DNA of 64,000 nucleotides from Patescibacteria group bacterium (GTDB lineage Bacteria; Patescibacteriota; Microgenomatia; UBA8517): NCBI GenBank assembly GCA_036835125.1, contig DAITMO010000001.1, positions 57,444 to 121,443 of the forward strand, read 5' to 3'. Shown piece by piece: positions 56,300 to 64,000 of this stretch (position 1 is its first letter; each line of letters starts with the position of its first letter). The notes under the pieces were generated by a model. It saw only the letters and a program-made list of their open reading frames with translations, ran no database searches and was not told where the DNA came from. The position numbers and the translations under genes were made by a program.

Positions 56300-57658
56300 T
56301 CAAATCATTTGTTTTATCTTTAAAACATCCTCACGTATTTGCACATCATTTGTGGCTAAGGATGAAATCTTTTCCACAGCGTGCATTACTGTTGTATGAT
56401 CTCTTCCTCCAATAATTCTACCAATCTCTTCAAGAGGTACACCTAAATGAGTTCTTAAAATATACATTAAAACTTGTCTGGGTCTTGCGATTGGTCTTGC
56501 TCTAGTCTCGCTTAATAGAAGACGTTTTCCTATTTGATAATATTTAGAAACAGCATCAATTACTTCTTCAGGGGTACTTCTTGTAATTTTTCCTGAAGTT
56601 TCTAGGCTTTTTGTAAACATTGATTCTATTAAATCATTTGTTACAACAATGTTTTTCATATGTATTTCAGTTAAGATACGAGTAAGAATGCCTTCAATCT
56701 TTCTTGCTGATTCAGAGTTTGCAGCAATCATTTGGACCTGTTCACTTGTTAGATCTACTCCTTTTTCTTTAGCTTTTATCTGAGTAATAGCACACCTTAG
56801 CTCAAAATCTGGTGGAGCAATATCAACTATTAAACCTGCTTCAAAACGACTTCTCAAACGCTCCTCAAGTTTAGATATCTCAGATGGAGGTCTGTCGGAA
56901 GTTAGAATAATTTGTCCACCGACCGAGGTAACCGCATTAAAAGTATGGAAGAATTCTTCTTGTACAGTATCTTTGCCTGCAATGAATTGAATATCATCAA
57001 TTAGTAGTAGGTCGAGTTTTCTGTATTTGTTTCTAAAAGCTTGTGTGGTTTTGTTTCTAATTCCCTCAACAATATCGTTTGTAAAGTCTTCTCCTGTACA
57101 AAATAAAACTTTCTTCTCAGGGGTTCTTTTAAGAACAAAATTTCCAACAGATACCATTAAGTGGGTTTTTCCTACCCCTACTCCACCCCAAATAAACAAA
57201 GGGTTGTATGCAGATCCTAAATCTCGAGATACTGCTTCAGCTGCTGCATGAGCCATTTGGTTACTTGGAGATACTGCAAAATTTTCAAATGTAAAACTCG
57301 GTCTAATTCTTGCTTTTTGTAGAATTTCTAATATGTCAGCTTTATTCGTATCTACACTAAAAAGAGGTGAAGAATTATCATTATCCTTAATTGTTTTGGG
57401 ATTGGATTTTACCAAAAAAGAAAGATCACATTTTTTCCCAATGACTTTCGACAGAGAGTCTTGAATAAGTCCGAAATATCTTCCTTCAATTGTGTTTTTT
57501 GCAAAAGAGGTTGGACACCCCACCTCAACAATATATCTGTCACTTAACTCTTTCATTGATACAAGATGTGTTTGAGAAAACCATGTTGAAAAAATAGCTG
57601 GAGAAACAGTTACTTTTATTATTTCTAATGAATCTTTCCAGACTTGTTCGTTGTTCAT
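56300..57658 (-). CDS. dnaA: Chromosomal replication initiator protein
   Basis: 452 aa with AAA+ Walker A (GGVGVGKTHLM), Walker B (DDIQF) and the C-terminal DnaA-box-binding HTH. Confidence 0.9.
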   Translation of the reverse strand: MNNEQVWKDSLEIIKVTVSPAIFSTWFSQTHLVSMKELSDRYIVEVGCPTSFAKNTIEGRYFGLIQDSLSKVIGKKCDLSFLVKSNPKTIKDNDNSSPLFSVDTNKADILEILQKARIRPSFTFENFAVSPSNQMAHAAAEAVSRDLGSAYNPLFIWGGVGVGKTHLMVSVGNFVLKRTPEKKVLFCTGEDFTNDIVEGIRNKTTQAFRNKYRKLDLLLIDDIQFIAGKDTVQEEFFHTFNAVTSVGGQIILTSDRPPSEISKLEERLRSRFEAGLIVDIAPPDFELRCAITQIKAKEKGVDLTSEQVQMIAANSESARKIEGILTRILTEIHMKNIVVTNDLIESMFTKSLETSGKITRSTPEEVIDAVSKYYQIGKRLLLSETRARPIARPRQVLMYILRTHLGVPLEEIGRIIGGRDHTTVMHAVEKISSLATNDVQIREDVLKIKQMI

Positions 57659-57765
57659 TTTTTTGTACTTAGCACAAAGTATTTAATACATAGTTAAAAA
57701 ACTGAAGACAACTATGGAGCAGGATTATAAGTACTAATTTCTAAGTTCTATGTACTTTTACAAAG

Positions 57766-57774
57766 TTATCCACA
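57766..57774 (+). promoter_or_regulatory. DnaA box (TTATCCACA) upstream of dnaA; candidate oriC region 57659..57870
   Basis: Perfect consensus 9-mer in the AT-rich divergent dnaA/rpmH spacer. Confidence 0.6.
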
Positions 57775-57855
57775 ATTAGTCAATCCCCAAATAGTGCTCT
57801 TACTTAAACATAAAGATTGAGCGTTCTATACCCGATTTCTAATTTTACTTTTTTT

Positions 57856-57864
57856 TGATATAAT
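57856..57864 (+). promoter_or_regulatory. Extended -10 promoter element (TGATATAAT) for rpmH
   Basis: TGnTATAAT ends 6 nt before the rpmH ATG and there is no SD sequence. This suggests a leaderless transcript. Confidence 0.45.
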
Positions 57865-57870
57865 GACTTC

Positions 57871-58011
57871 ATGGCTACAAAAAGAACATATCAACCAAGT
57901 AAAATTAAAAGAGTAAGGAAACATGGTTTTAGATCAAGGATGAAGACTAAGACTGGTAGGAGTGTTATAAAAAGACGCAGAGAAAAAGGAAGAGTAAAAA
58001 TTTCGATCTAG
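57871..58011 (+). CDS. rpmH: 50S ribosomal protein L34
   Basis: Hand-translated: [46 protein letters not shown]. Below the ORF-track length cut-off. Confidence 0.85.
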   Translation: MATKRTYQPSKIKRVRKHGFRSRMKTKTGRSVIKRRREKGRVKISI

Positions 58012-58020
58012 TCTTCAAAG

Positions 58021-58365
58021 ATGCTTGCAAAAAAACACAGACTTACTGGTTCCAAAGATTACGACAGGGTTCAAGAGGAAGGAAAAGTTTTCCAATCAGA
58101 TAATTTTGGCATTGCTTATTTTGAAAGGAAGGATGAGCTTTCAAGTAGATATGGTTTTGTTGTATCAACAAAAGTTGCAAAAGACGCAGTAGACAGAAAT
58201 AGGTTCAAAAGAGCAATGAGCGAGGCTGTGAGAATGGAAAGCATCAATCTAAAAGATGGATATGATGTTGTTTTTTTAGCAAAGACGAGTATCTACAAAA
58301 TCCCTACCTCTGAATTGATGAAGGAAGTCAAAAACTCTTTAAAGAAAGCGGGCCTTTCAAAATGA
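58021..58365 (+). CDS. rnpA: Ribonuclease P protein component
   Basis: 114 aa. Conserved rpmH-rnpA-yidD-yidC order. Basic RNR motif region FKRAMSEAVR. Confidence 0.85.
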   Translation: MLAKKHRLTGSKDYDRVQEEGKVFQSDNFGIAYFERKDELSSRYGFVVSTKVAKDAVDRNRFKRAMSEAVRMESINLKDGYDVVFLAKTSIYKIPTSELMKEVKNSLKKAGLSK

Positions 58366-58583
58366 AAGAAATTGTTATTTTTTTGATTAGAGTTTATAAG
58401 AAATTCATATCAGATAATCTAGCAAGAACTTTTGGGGGAGGTTGTCGTTTTACACCCACGTGTTCGGAGTTTACCATTGAAGCTCTTAATAAGTATGGCT
58501 TTTGGAGAGGTTTGTTAATGGGGTTAAAAAGACTTTCAAAATGTCATCCACTTGGAAAATATGGGTATGATCCTGTAGAATAA
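58362..58583 (+). CDS. yidD: Membrane protein insertion efficiency factor YidD
   Basis: 73 aa with the GGCRFTPTCSEF motif. Confidence 0.85.
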   Translation: MKEIVIFLIRVYKKFISDNLARTFGGGCRFTPTCSEFTIEALNKYGFWRGLLMGLKRLSKCHPLGKYGYDPVE

Positions 58584-58588
58584 CACTT

Positions 58589-59431
58589 ATGAATATTCCT
58601 GTTATTACACCAGTATTAATAAATGGCCTGATACTTTTTTACAAGTATCTTGGGCAAAACATGGGGATTGCTGTAGTTCTTTTTAGTGTTTTCTTGATTT
58701 TTGTCTTAAGGCCCCTAACTAAACCATACATGAATTCTATGAAGAGAATTAAGGAGATGGAACCTCAAATGGCAAAAATAAGAAAAAAGTTTGAGGGAGA
58801 TAAACTAAAAATATCTCAAGCACAAGCAGAACTTTATAAACAGAATAAAATTAATCCAACAGCAGGGTGTCTTCCTTATATACTTCAGTTTGTTGTTTTG
58901 ATTGCACTTTTTGGAGTGTTTACTAAAGTATTTGCGAATGGGGGAACCGTTCAAAACCTTAATGATCAGCTATTACCTTTTCTTCAGTTTTCACAAAATG
59001 AAATTATTAATACAAAATTCCTTTATATGGATATAAGCTCTCCAGATGTGTTTAGAATTACAGGAATTCCATTTGCTTTACCTGGATTATTCTTAATTCT
59101 TGCAACTATTGCGCAGTTTTTATCTGTGAAAATTACCACTCCTTATATTGCTCAAGAACAGAAGATTGCTAAAAAAACAAAAGGGAATTTGGATGACACT
59201 CAAGTTGCAATGCAAAAGTCTATGACCTACATGATGCCTTTGATGACACTTTTCTTTGGTTTGAAGCTTCCTGCAGGACTTGCCTTATATTGGCTTGTAT
59301 ATTCTGTTGTTAATGTTTGGCAGCAGGTTGGAATGTCTGGATGGGGGAGTTTGACGCCAGCCATAAATAGTGTAAAATCATCACTTAGCAATGTTGGTAG
59401 CAGTATTAAGTTGAGACTAAAATCAAAATAA
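58589..59431 (+). CDS. yidC: YidC/Oxa1-family membrane protein insertase (short Gram-positive-like form)
   Basis: 280 aa with the conserved core ...NPTAGCLPYILQFVVLIALF.... Confidence 0.85.
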   Translation: MNIPVITPVLINGLILFYKYLGQNMGIAVVLFSVFLIFVLRPLTKPYMNSMKRIKEMEPQMAKIRKKFEGDKLKISQAQAELYKQNKINPTAGCLPYILQFVVLIALFGVFTKVFANGGTVQNLNDQLLPFLQFSQNEIINTKFLYMDISSPDVFRITGIPFALPGLFLILATIAQFLSVKITTPYIAQEQKIAKKTKGNLDDTQVAMQKSMTYMMPLMTLFFGLKLPAGLALYWLVYSVVNVWQQVGMSGWGSLTPAINSVKSSLSNVGSSIKLRLKSK

Positions 59432-59893
59432 ATGAAAAAAAATCAAAAAATAGTTGAAAATAGTATTGAAAAACTTTTCTCTTTAATGGGAGTTAAGGCA
59501 AAAACTTCAGTTTCTTTTGATGATACGAACGAAGTTTTTGTTGTTGATATTGAAGCAGGAGATTCAACAGGTCTACTTATTGGAAAACGTGGAGAGACCC
59601 TTTTAAGCATTCAAAACATACTTTCAGTTATCTATAAAGAAGAAACTGGAGAGTGGGGAAAAATTATTGTTAATGTTGGGGATTATAGACAGAAAGAGGA
59701 AGAGTATTTAAAGAATTTGGCCACATCAGCAGCACAACGAGCTATTGAAACAGGAAATCCTCAAAGTTTATACAATTTAAAGCCTTGGCAAAGAAGAGTA
59801 ATTCACCTTTCTTTATCAGAGGATACTTCTGTTGAAACAGTTTCAGAGGGTGAGGGAGAAGATAGACACTTGGTAATAAGTCTGAAAAAGTGA
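59432..59893 (+). CDS. jag: Jag-like KH/R3H-domain RNA-binding protein
   Basis: 153 aa with an R3H motif region (KPWQRRVIHLSL). Conserved position after yidC. Confidence 0.8.
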   Translation: MKKNQKIVENSIEKLFSLMGVKAKTSVSFDDTNEVFVVDIEAGDSTGLLIGKRGETLLSIQNILSVIYKEETGEWGKIIVNVGDYRQKEEEYLKNLATSAAQRAIETGNPQSLYNLKPWQRRVIHLSLSEDTSVETVSEGEGEDRHLVISLKK

Positions 59894-61155
59894 AGAGAAG
59901 AATTAACCTTATAGAAAAATACTTAAACACCCTTCTTGTTTTTTTAATCCCTACACAACTTGCAATACATTTTTGGCCAGAATTTTCATTGCTGTTTGGT
60001 ATAAGAATTGATTATTTAGCTCCTACAATATACCTAACAGACTTATTATTTGTCATACTTTTTGTTAATTGGTCAATTCGAAACAATAAGGTATTCACTA
60101 AAGACTTTATAAAAAGAAAATGGATAATTATTGCCCTGCTTCTATTAATAGTGTTTAACACTTTTTTTTCAATATCCCCGGTAGTCAGTTTGGTTAAATG
60201 GCTTAAGGTTTTTGAGATGATACTTTTTTCTTATTACATTTATAAGAGAAAAGATGTTTATAGCAAGAACGCTGTTGGAAAAATTTTGCTCATTTCATTA
60301 TGTATTGTTTCCTTAGTTGGAATTACACAATTTTTAACAGGAAAGACAATAGGGGGGTTGTTTTATTTTTTTGGTGAAAGAACCTTTGACATTTTTACTC
60401 CAGGAATAGCATTGGTAAATTTATTTGGAAATAATTTTCTTAGAGTATACTCAACTTTTCCTCACCCAAATTCTTTGGCTGGTTTTCTTGGATTATTTTT
60501 TGTTTTCTTTTATTTAGATAATTTAAAACTTAATAAGTATTCAAGGCTTTTCGGACTTTTACTAATATCAATTACATTTATTCTTACTTTTTCTTTATCC
60601 TCATTTATAGGAATACTATTTACTTTAGTTATGTTGTTTCTTTTAAAGAGAAACACAAATTTTTTGATGCTAAGTAATTTAGTGTTTTTTATTTCTTTTT
60701 TAATTGGTCTAATTTTTCTAGTTTCTTCAAACAAACTAGTTAATTTAGGTTTAAATTTTTCATCAAGTTCCATTGAGAGAATTAGACTTGCTGAGGTTTC
60801 AGGAAAAATTATTTCTGAAAATATTTTTTTTGGAACAGGTATAAACACCTTTATCTTAAGTATGGGAAACAACTTAACGTTTAATAATGCTGTTTGGTTA
60901 TTGCAACCAGTACACAATATTTTTCTTTTACTTTTATCTGAACTTGGAATTACTGGAGTGTTGTTAATATATATTGTATTTTGTCTCTTCTCAAAAAGAA
61001 CAGATAAACACAAAAACATAAATTCAAAATTGGTATTTTTATCAATCTTTTTTGTTTTGATTACAGGAAGTTTTGATCATTATTGGTTAACAATACAACA
61101 AAATATTTTATTACTAAGTTTAATTTTTGGAATTTCTGCTAGAGAAACTTCTTAA
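59890..61155 (+). CDS. Polytopic membrane protein, O-antigen ligase/polymerase (Wzy_C)-like
   Basis: 421 aa with at least 10 TM helices and one larger loop. Assignment is by architecture. Confidence 0.4.
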   Translation: MKRRINLIEKYLNTLLVFLIPTQLAIHFWPEFSLLFGIRIDYLAPTIYLTDLLFVILFVNWSIRNNKVFTKDFIKRKWIIIALLLLIVFNTFFSISPVVSLVKWLKVFEMILFSYYIYKRKDVYSKNAVGKILLISLCIVSLVGITQFLTGKTIGGLFYFFGERTFDIFTPGIALVNLFGNNFLRVYSTFPHPNSLAGFLGLFFVFFYLDNLKLNKYSRLFGLLLISITFILTFSLSSFIGILFTLVMLFLLKRNTNFLMLSNLVFFISFLIGLIFLVSSNKLVNLGLNFSSSSIERIRLAEVSGKIISENIFFGTGINTFILSMGNNLTFNNAVWLLQPVHNIFLLLLSELGITGVLLIYIVFCLFSKRTDKHKNINSKLVFLSIFFVLITGSFDHYWLTIQQNILLLSLIFGISARETS

Positions 61156-61176
61156 CATTTTTGATAAACTATTTGC

Positions 61177-61605
61177 GTGAACAATAGCAAATTAGTAATT
61201 CATACTGACGGTGGTTCTCGAGGGAACCCAGGACCCGCAGCATGTGCGTTTACTGCTGAAATTGATGGAAAAATTGTAGATAAGGGTTCCTTATTTTTGG
61301 GAACTCAAACGAACAACGTTGCAGAATACGATGGAGTAATTCTTGCATTAAATTGGTTAACAAAAAACATTGATAATTATGAAATATCAATAGTTAATTT
61401 TATTCTTGACTCTGAGTTGGTAGTTAGACAACTTAATGGAATTTATAAAATTAAAAATAAATTACTGTTTGAAAAAAGTGTGCAAATAAAAAAGATGATA
61501 GGTAGTTTGAATACCTCAGTTATTTTTGAAAATGTACCTCGAGAAAACAACAGAGAACCAGACAAACTTCTAAATGAGGAATTGGATAAATATTTTTCGG
61601 GATAG
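61177..61605 (+). CDS. rnhA: Ribonuclease HI-like protein
   Basis: 142 aa. The IHTDGGSRGNPGPAACAF motif and downstream D/E residues match the RNase H type 1 fold. Confidence 0.8.
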   Translation: MNNSKLVIHTDGGSRGNPGPAACAFTAEIDGKIVDKGSLFLGTQTNNVAEYDGVILALNWLTKNIDNYEISIVNFILDSELVVRQLNGIYKIKNKLLFEKSVQIKKMIGSLNTSVIFENVPRENNREPDKLLNEELDKYFSG

Positions 61606-61735
61606 TTTGTGTGAAAATTTCACGTTCCAACCTAGCCTCACTTTTTTAGTAAACTTGAAAATTATTTTTACTGCAAAAAAAGTTGCAAATAAAAATTCTA
61701 TAATTGCGGTAAAATAATTATTAACATGAACCCCC

Positions 61736-64000
61736 AAAGCAATTTTATAATTCTTTTGTTTGCAGAACCAAGTTTTTTATCAACAAGTATTCTTGAACAA
61801 CTTTTAGCAAACAATTGTTATGTAAATATTGTTTCAGATAATGCTGAGGATTGGATGTTAAATACTCAGCATATAGTAAGTAAAAATAAATTTAGTATTT
61901 CTAGAATTGAAAAAGCCAATTTAGAAATTAATTACAGTTATGTAATGTTTTGTTCAGGTTTTACAAAATACTCTAATGTACAAAAAGAACTGAGTAAGTT
62001 TTTGAAATTAAACAACATTTTTAGTACAAAGACTTTTGTTGTTTTGCCAAAAGAAATATACGGTGTATTAAACATTAACAACCCCAATTTTCCAGAAACA
62101 GTTGGAATAATTTACGTAAAAGATATTCTTGGACCAAGAATTAGTTTAGACAGTGATTTAACTTTAGTTAATTACCTTAATAAAATGTACCTTGATAAAG
62201 TATTTGATCCCGATATTGGCGAAACTTTTTCTCCATTATTTGTAAGTGATGTATCTCGTCAAATAGTTAAATGGTTGTTTGCGTTTGGTCCATTTGGGAA
62301 AGAAACACTGCTTCAAGGGGAAGAAATATCATCAAGTGTCTTATGGCAAATATCAACAAGACATATTGGCCAAATAAATTATTCCCCTAAAAAAATTTTT
62401 TATAGAGATACTTTTCCGAGAAGTATTAACAAAGAGATAATTAAAAGAAAAGTTGATTATATTATTTTAGAGACATTGAAATGGATATGTAAGGCTCCTA
62501 TTAAAAAACGATCAGACAAGCCTTTAATTAGGAAAAAAGAAATTGATATAAAATTTCCAGTTTTTAGTAAATCTACTAGATTTAAATCAAAGATTGGAAT
62601 AGCTGTGGTGTTGTCTATTTTGGCTTTTCCCATAATTTCATTTTTTATAAATGCTTTAATAATAATCTCTTTTTACAAACCACTAATTTATAGAAACTCA
62701 AAAGTGGCAGCAAGCATGTTTAGTTTTAGTAAGAAACTTTCTAGTGTTTCCTATAAAGAAAGCAGTGTTTTAAAAAACATTCCCTTTTTTGGTCAAATAT
62801 ATAAGGAAATGGAATTTGTAAGTTTTGCCACTATTACCGTAACAGACGTTGCAACAAAAGGAGCCCCGATTTTTATAAAAGGGGAAACACTTTTTAAGAA
62901 TATTTTAGGTCAAGACCCTTATTCGATAGAAAATACAATTTCTGAATTACCAGAAAGACTTCAGGTAATATATGAAATTATTTCTAAAGCACAAAATACT
63001 ACTATTAAGTCTAAAGGAGAAGGTTCTGTCCTGGCTTCATACACACTGAAAAAAGTAGATTTAGATTATTATAAGAACATAATTTCACAAGGAAGTGTAT
63101 TGTCTAAAAATCTTTCAGAAATTTTGGGAGATAAAGGTAGTAGGACTTATCTTTTATTATTTCAAAATAACATGGAACTTCGCCCGACAGGTGGATTTAT
63201 TGGCTCTTATGGTCTTGTTACCTTTGACAAAGGAAGACTTTCAGATTTTGCAGTAAGTGACATATATTCAGCAGATGGTCAATTAAACGGACACGTTGAA
63301 CCTCCGACTCCAATTAAAAACTATCTAGGAGAGGCAAACTGGTGGTTTAGAGACTCAAATTGGGATCCAGACTTTCCAACATCTGCAAGACGTGCTGAAT
63401 GGTTTTTGGATAAATCGACTGACAAGAAAGTTGATGGTGTTGTGTCTGTGGATTTAGCTCCAGTAAAAGACTTCCTTGATATTATTGGTTCAATATATCT
63501 TTCAGATTATGAAATAAACATTGATTCAAATAATTTTTATGAAAAAGTACAATCGGAAGTTGAAAACAATTTTTTCCCGGGTACATATAAAAAGAAAAGT
63601 TTTCTAACATCCCTCTCTATGAGTTTGTTAAATGAAATAAAAGATTTATCTTTTAAAGACGTAGGTGAATTAGTTAAACTATCATATAAAAATTTAAACT
63701 CACGACGAATTCAATTGTATTTACACAACAGTGATGCCCAAAAGGCCTTAAGTGCTTTAAATTGGGACGGGGGAGTTTTGACTCCTTTTTGTGGAAGTGA
63801 GTGTTTACCTGATTTGATAGGCATTGTTGAAGCAAATGTTGGAGTTAACAAGTCAAATTATTTTATAAGTAGGAAAGTTGATATAAATATGACTGTTAAT
63901 GAAGATTTTTTGGAAAAAGAACTCACACTAACTTTAAAAAACAGTGCAAATGGAAGTTTGGGTGTTAATGGAAGGTATAAAACCTATACGCGATTACTTA
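61736..64000 (+). CDS. Large hypothetical protein with a central TM region, partial (continues past the window end); possibly DUF4012-like
   Basis: Open frame of 755 codons with no stop, read by hand: MNPQSNFIILLF...MELRPTGGFIGSYGLVTFDKGRLSDF.... Absent from the ORF track because it is unterminated. Confidence 0.5.

Noticed and set aside
60510-61019. 169-aa minus-strand ORF
   Set aside because: It lies antisense inside the O-antigen-ligase-like membrane protein gene.
1-64000. Alternative genetic code (UGA as Gly, as in some CPR lineages)
   Set aside because: Long uninterrupted standard-code ORFs of up to 944 aa with motif-perfect housekeeping proteins show the standard code is used.
1-64000. 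CRISPR arrays, rRNA genes, IS elements and integrases
   Set aside because: No regularly spaced direct repeats, no rRNA-like conserved stretches and no transposase or integrase ORFs were seen anywhere in the window.

Overview
This is a low-GC (about 35%), gene-dense bacterial chromosome segment with short intergenic spacers, read with the standard genetic code. The gene content suggests a small-genome, Patescibacteria/CPR-like organism, but that attribution is inference only. The sequence directly shows the following, in order along the window. (i) The 3' end of a PBP transpeptidase gene. (ii) A minus-strand run of central-carbon-metabolism genes, 2.2-11.6 kb: 2-hydroxyacid dehydrogenase, PfkB kinase, class I FBA, a split transketolase, a LOG-family protein, GAPDH, a compact PGK, RpiB, an archaeal-type short TIM and a glutaredoxin. 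(iii) efp paired with an EpmA-like class II aaRS paralog, Hsp20, an RGG-rich zinc-ribbon protein and an XRE regulator. (iv) A tRNA, most likely tRNA-Asn(GUU), interrupted by a 205-nt Azoarcus-like group I intron. (v) acs with an unknown 160-aa ORF, rpoD and dnaG forming a minus-strand run. (vi) A tRNA island carrying all four tRNA-Ser isoacceptors and a tRNA-Arg whose anticodon reads GCG, interleaved with two NUDIX hydrolases, followed by comFC, smpB and a tmRNA whose tag ends YAQAFA. (vii) The most unusual region, 34.9-55.0 kb: a Gram-positive-type T4SS-like locus. It has a Cys-rich lead 'pilin' followed by seven tandem VirB2-like small two-helix membrane-protein paralogs, a 913-aa secreted Cys-rich protein with a lysozyme/SLT-like C-terminus, a VirB6-like polytopic protein and a VirB4 ATPase split into two ORFs. 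Embedded in it is a RiPP-type module: a standalone YcaO, a SagB-type dehydrogenase and a 189-aa protein ending ...DEGGCCCCSAN. An 852-aa protein with no recognisable domain sits on the opposite strand. No VirD4 coupling protein or relaxase is present in this window. (viii) The replication-origin neighbourhood: dnaN and dnaA with DnaA boxes, then rpmH-rnpA-yidD-yidC-jag. No CRISPR arrays, rRNA genes or transposases were seen.
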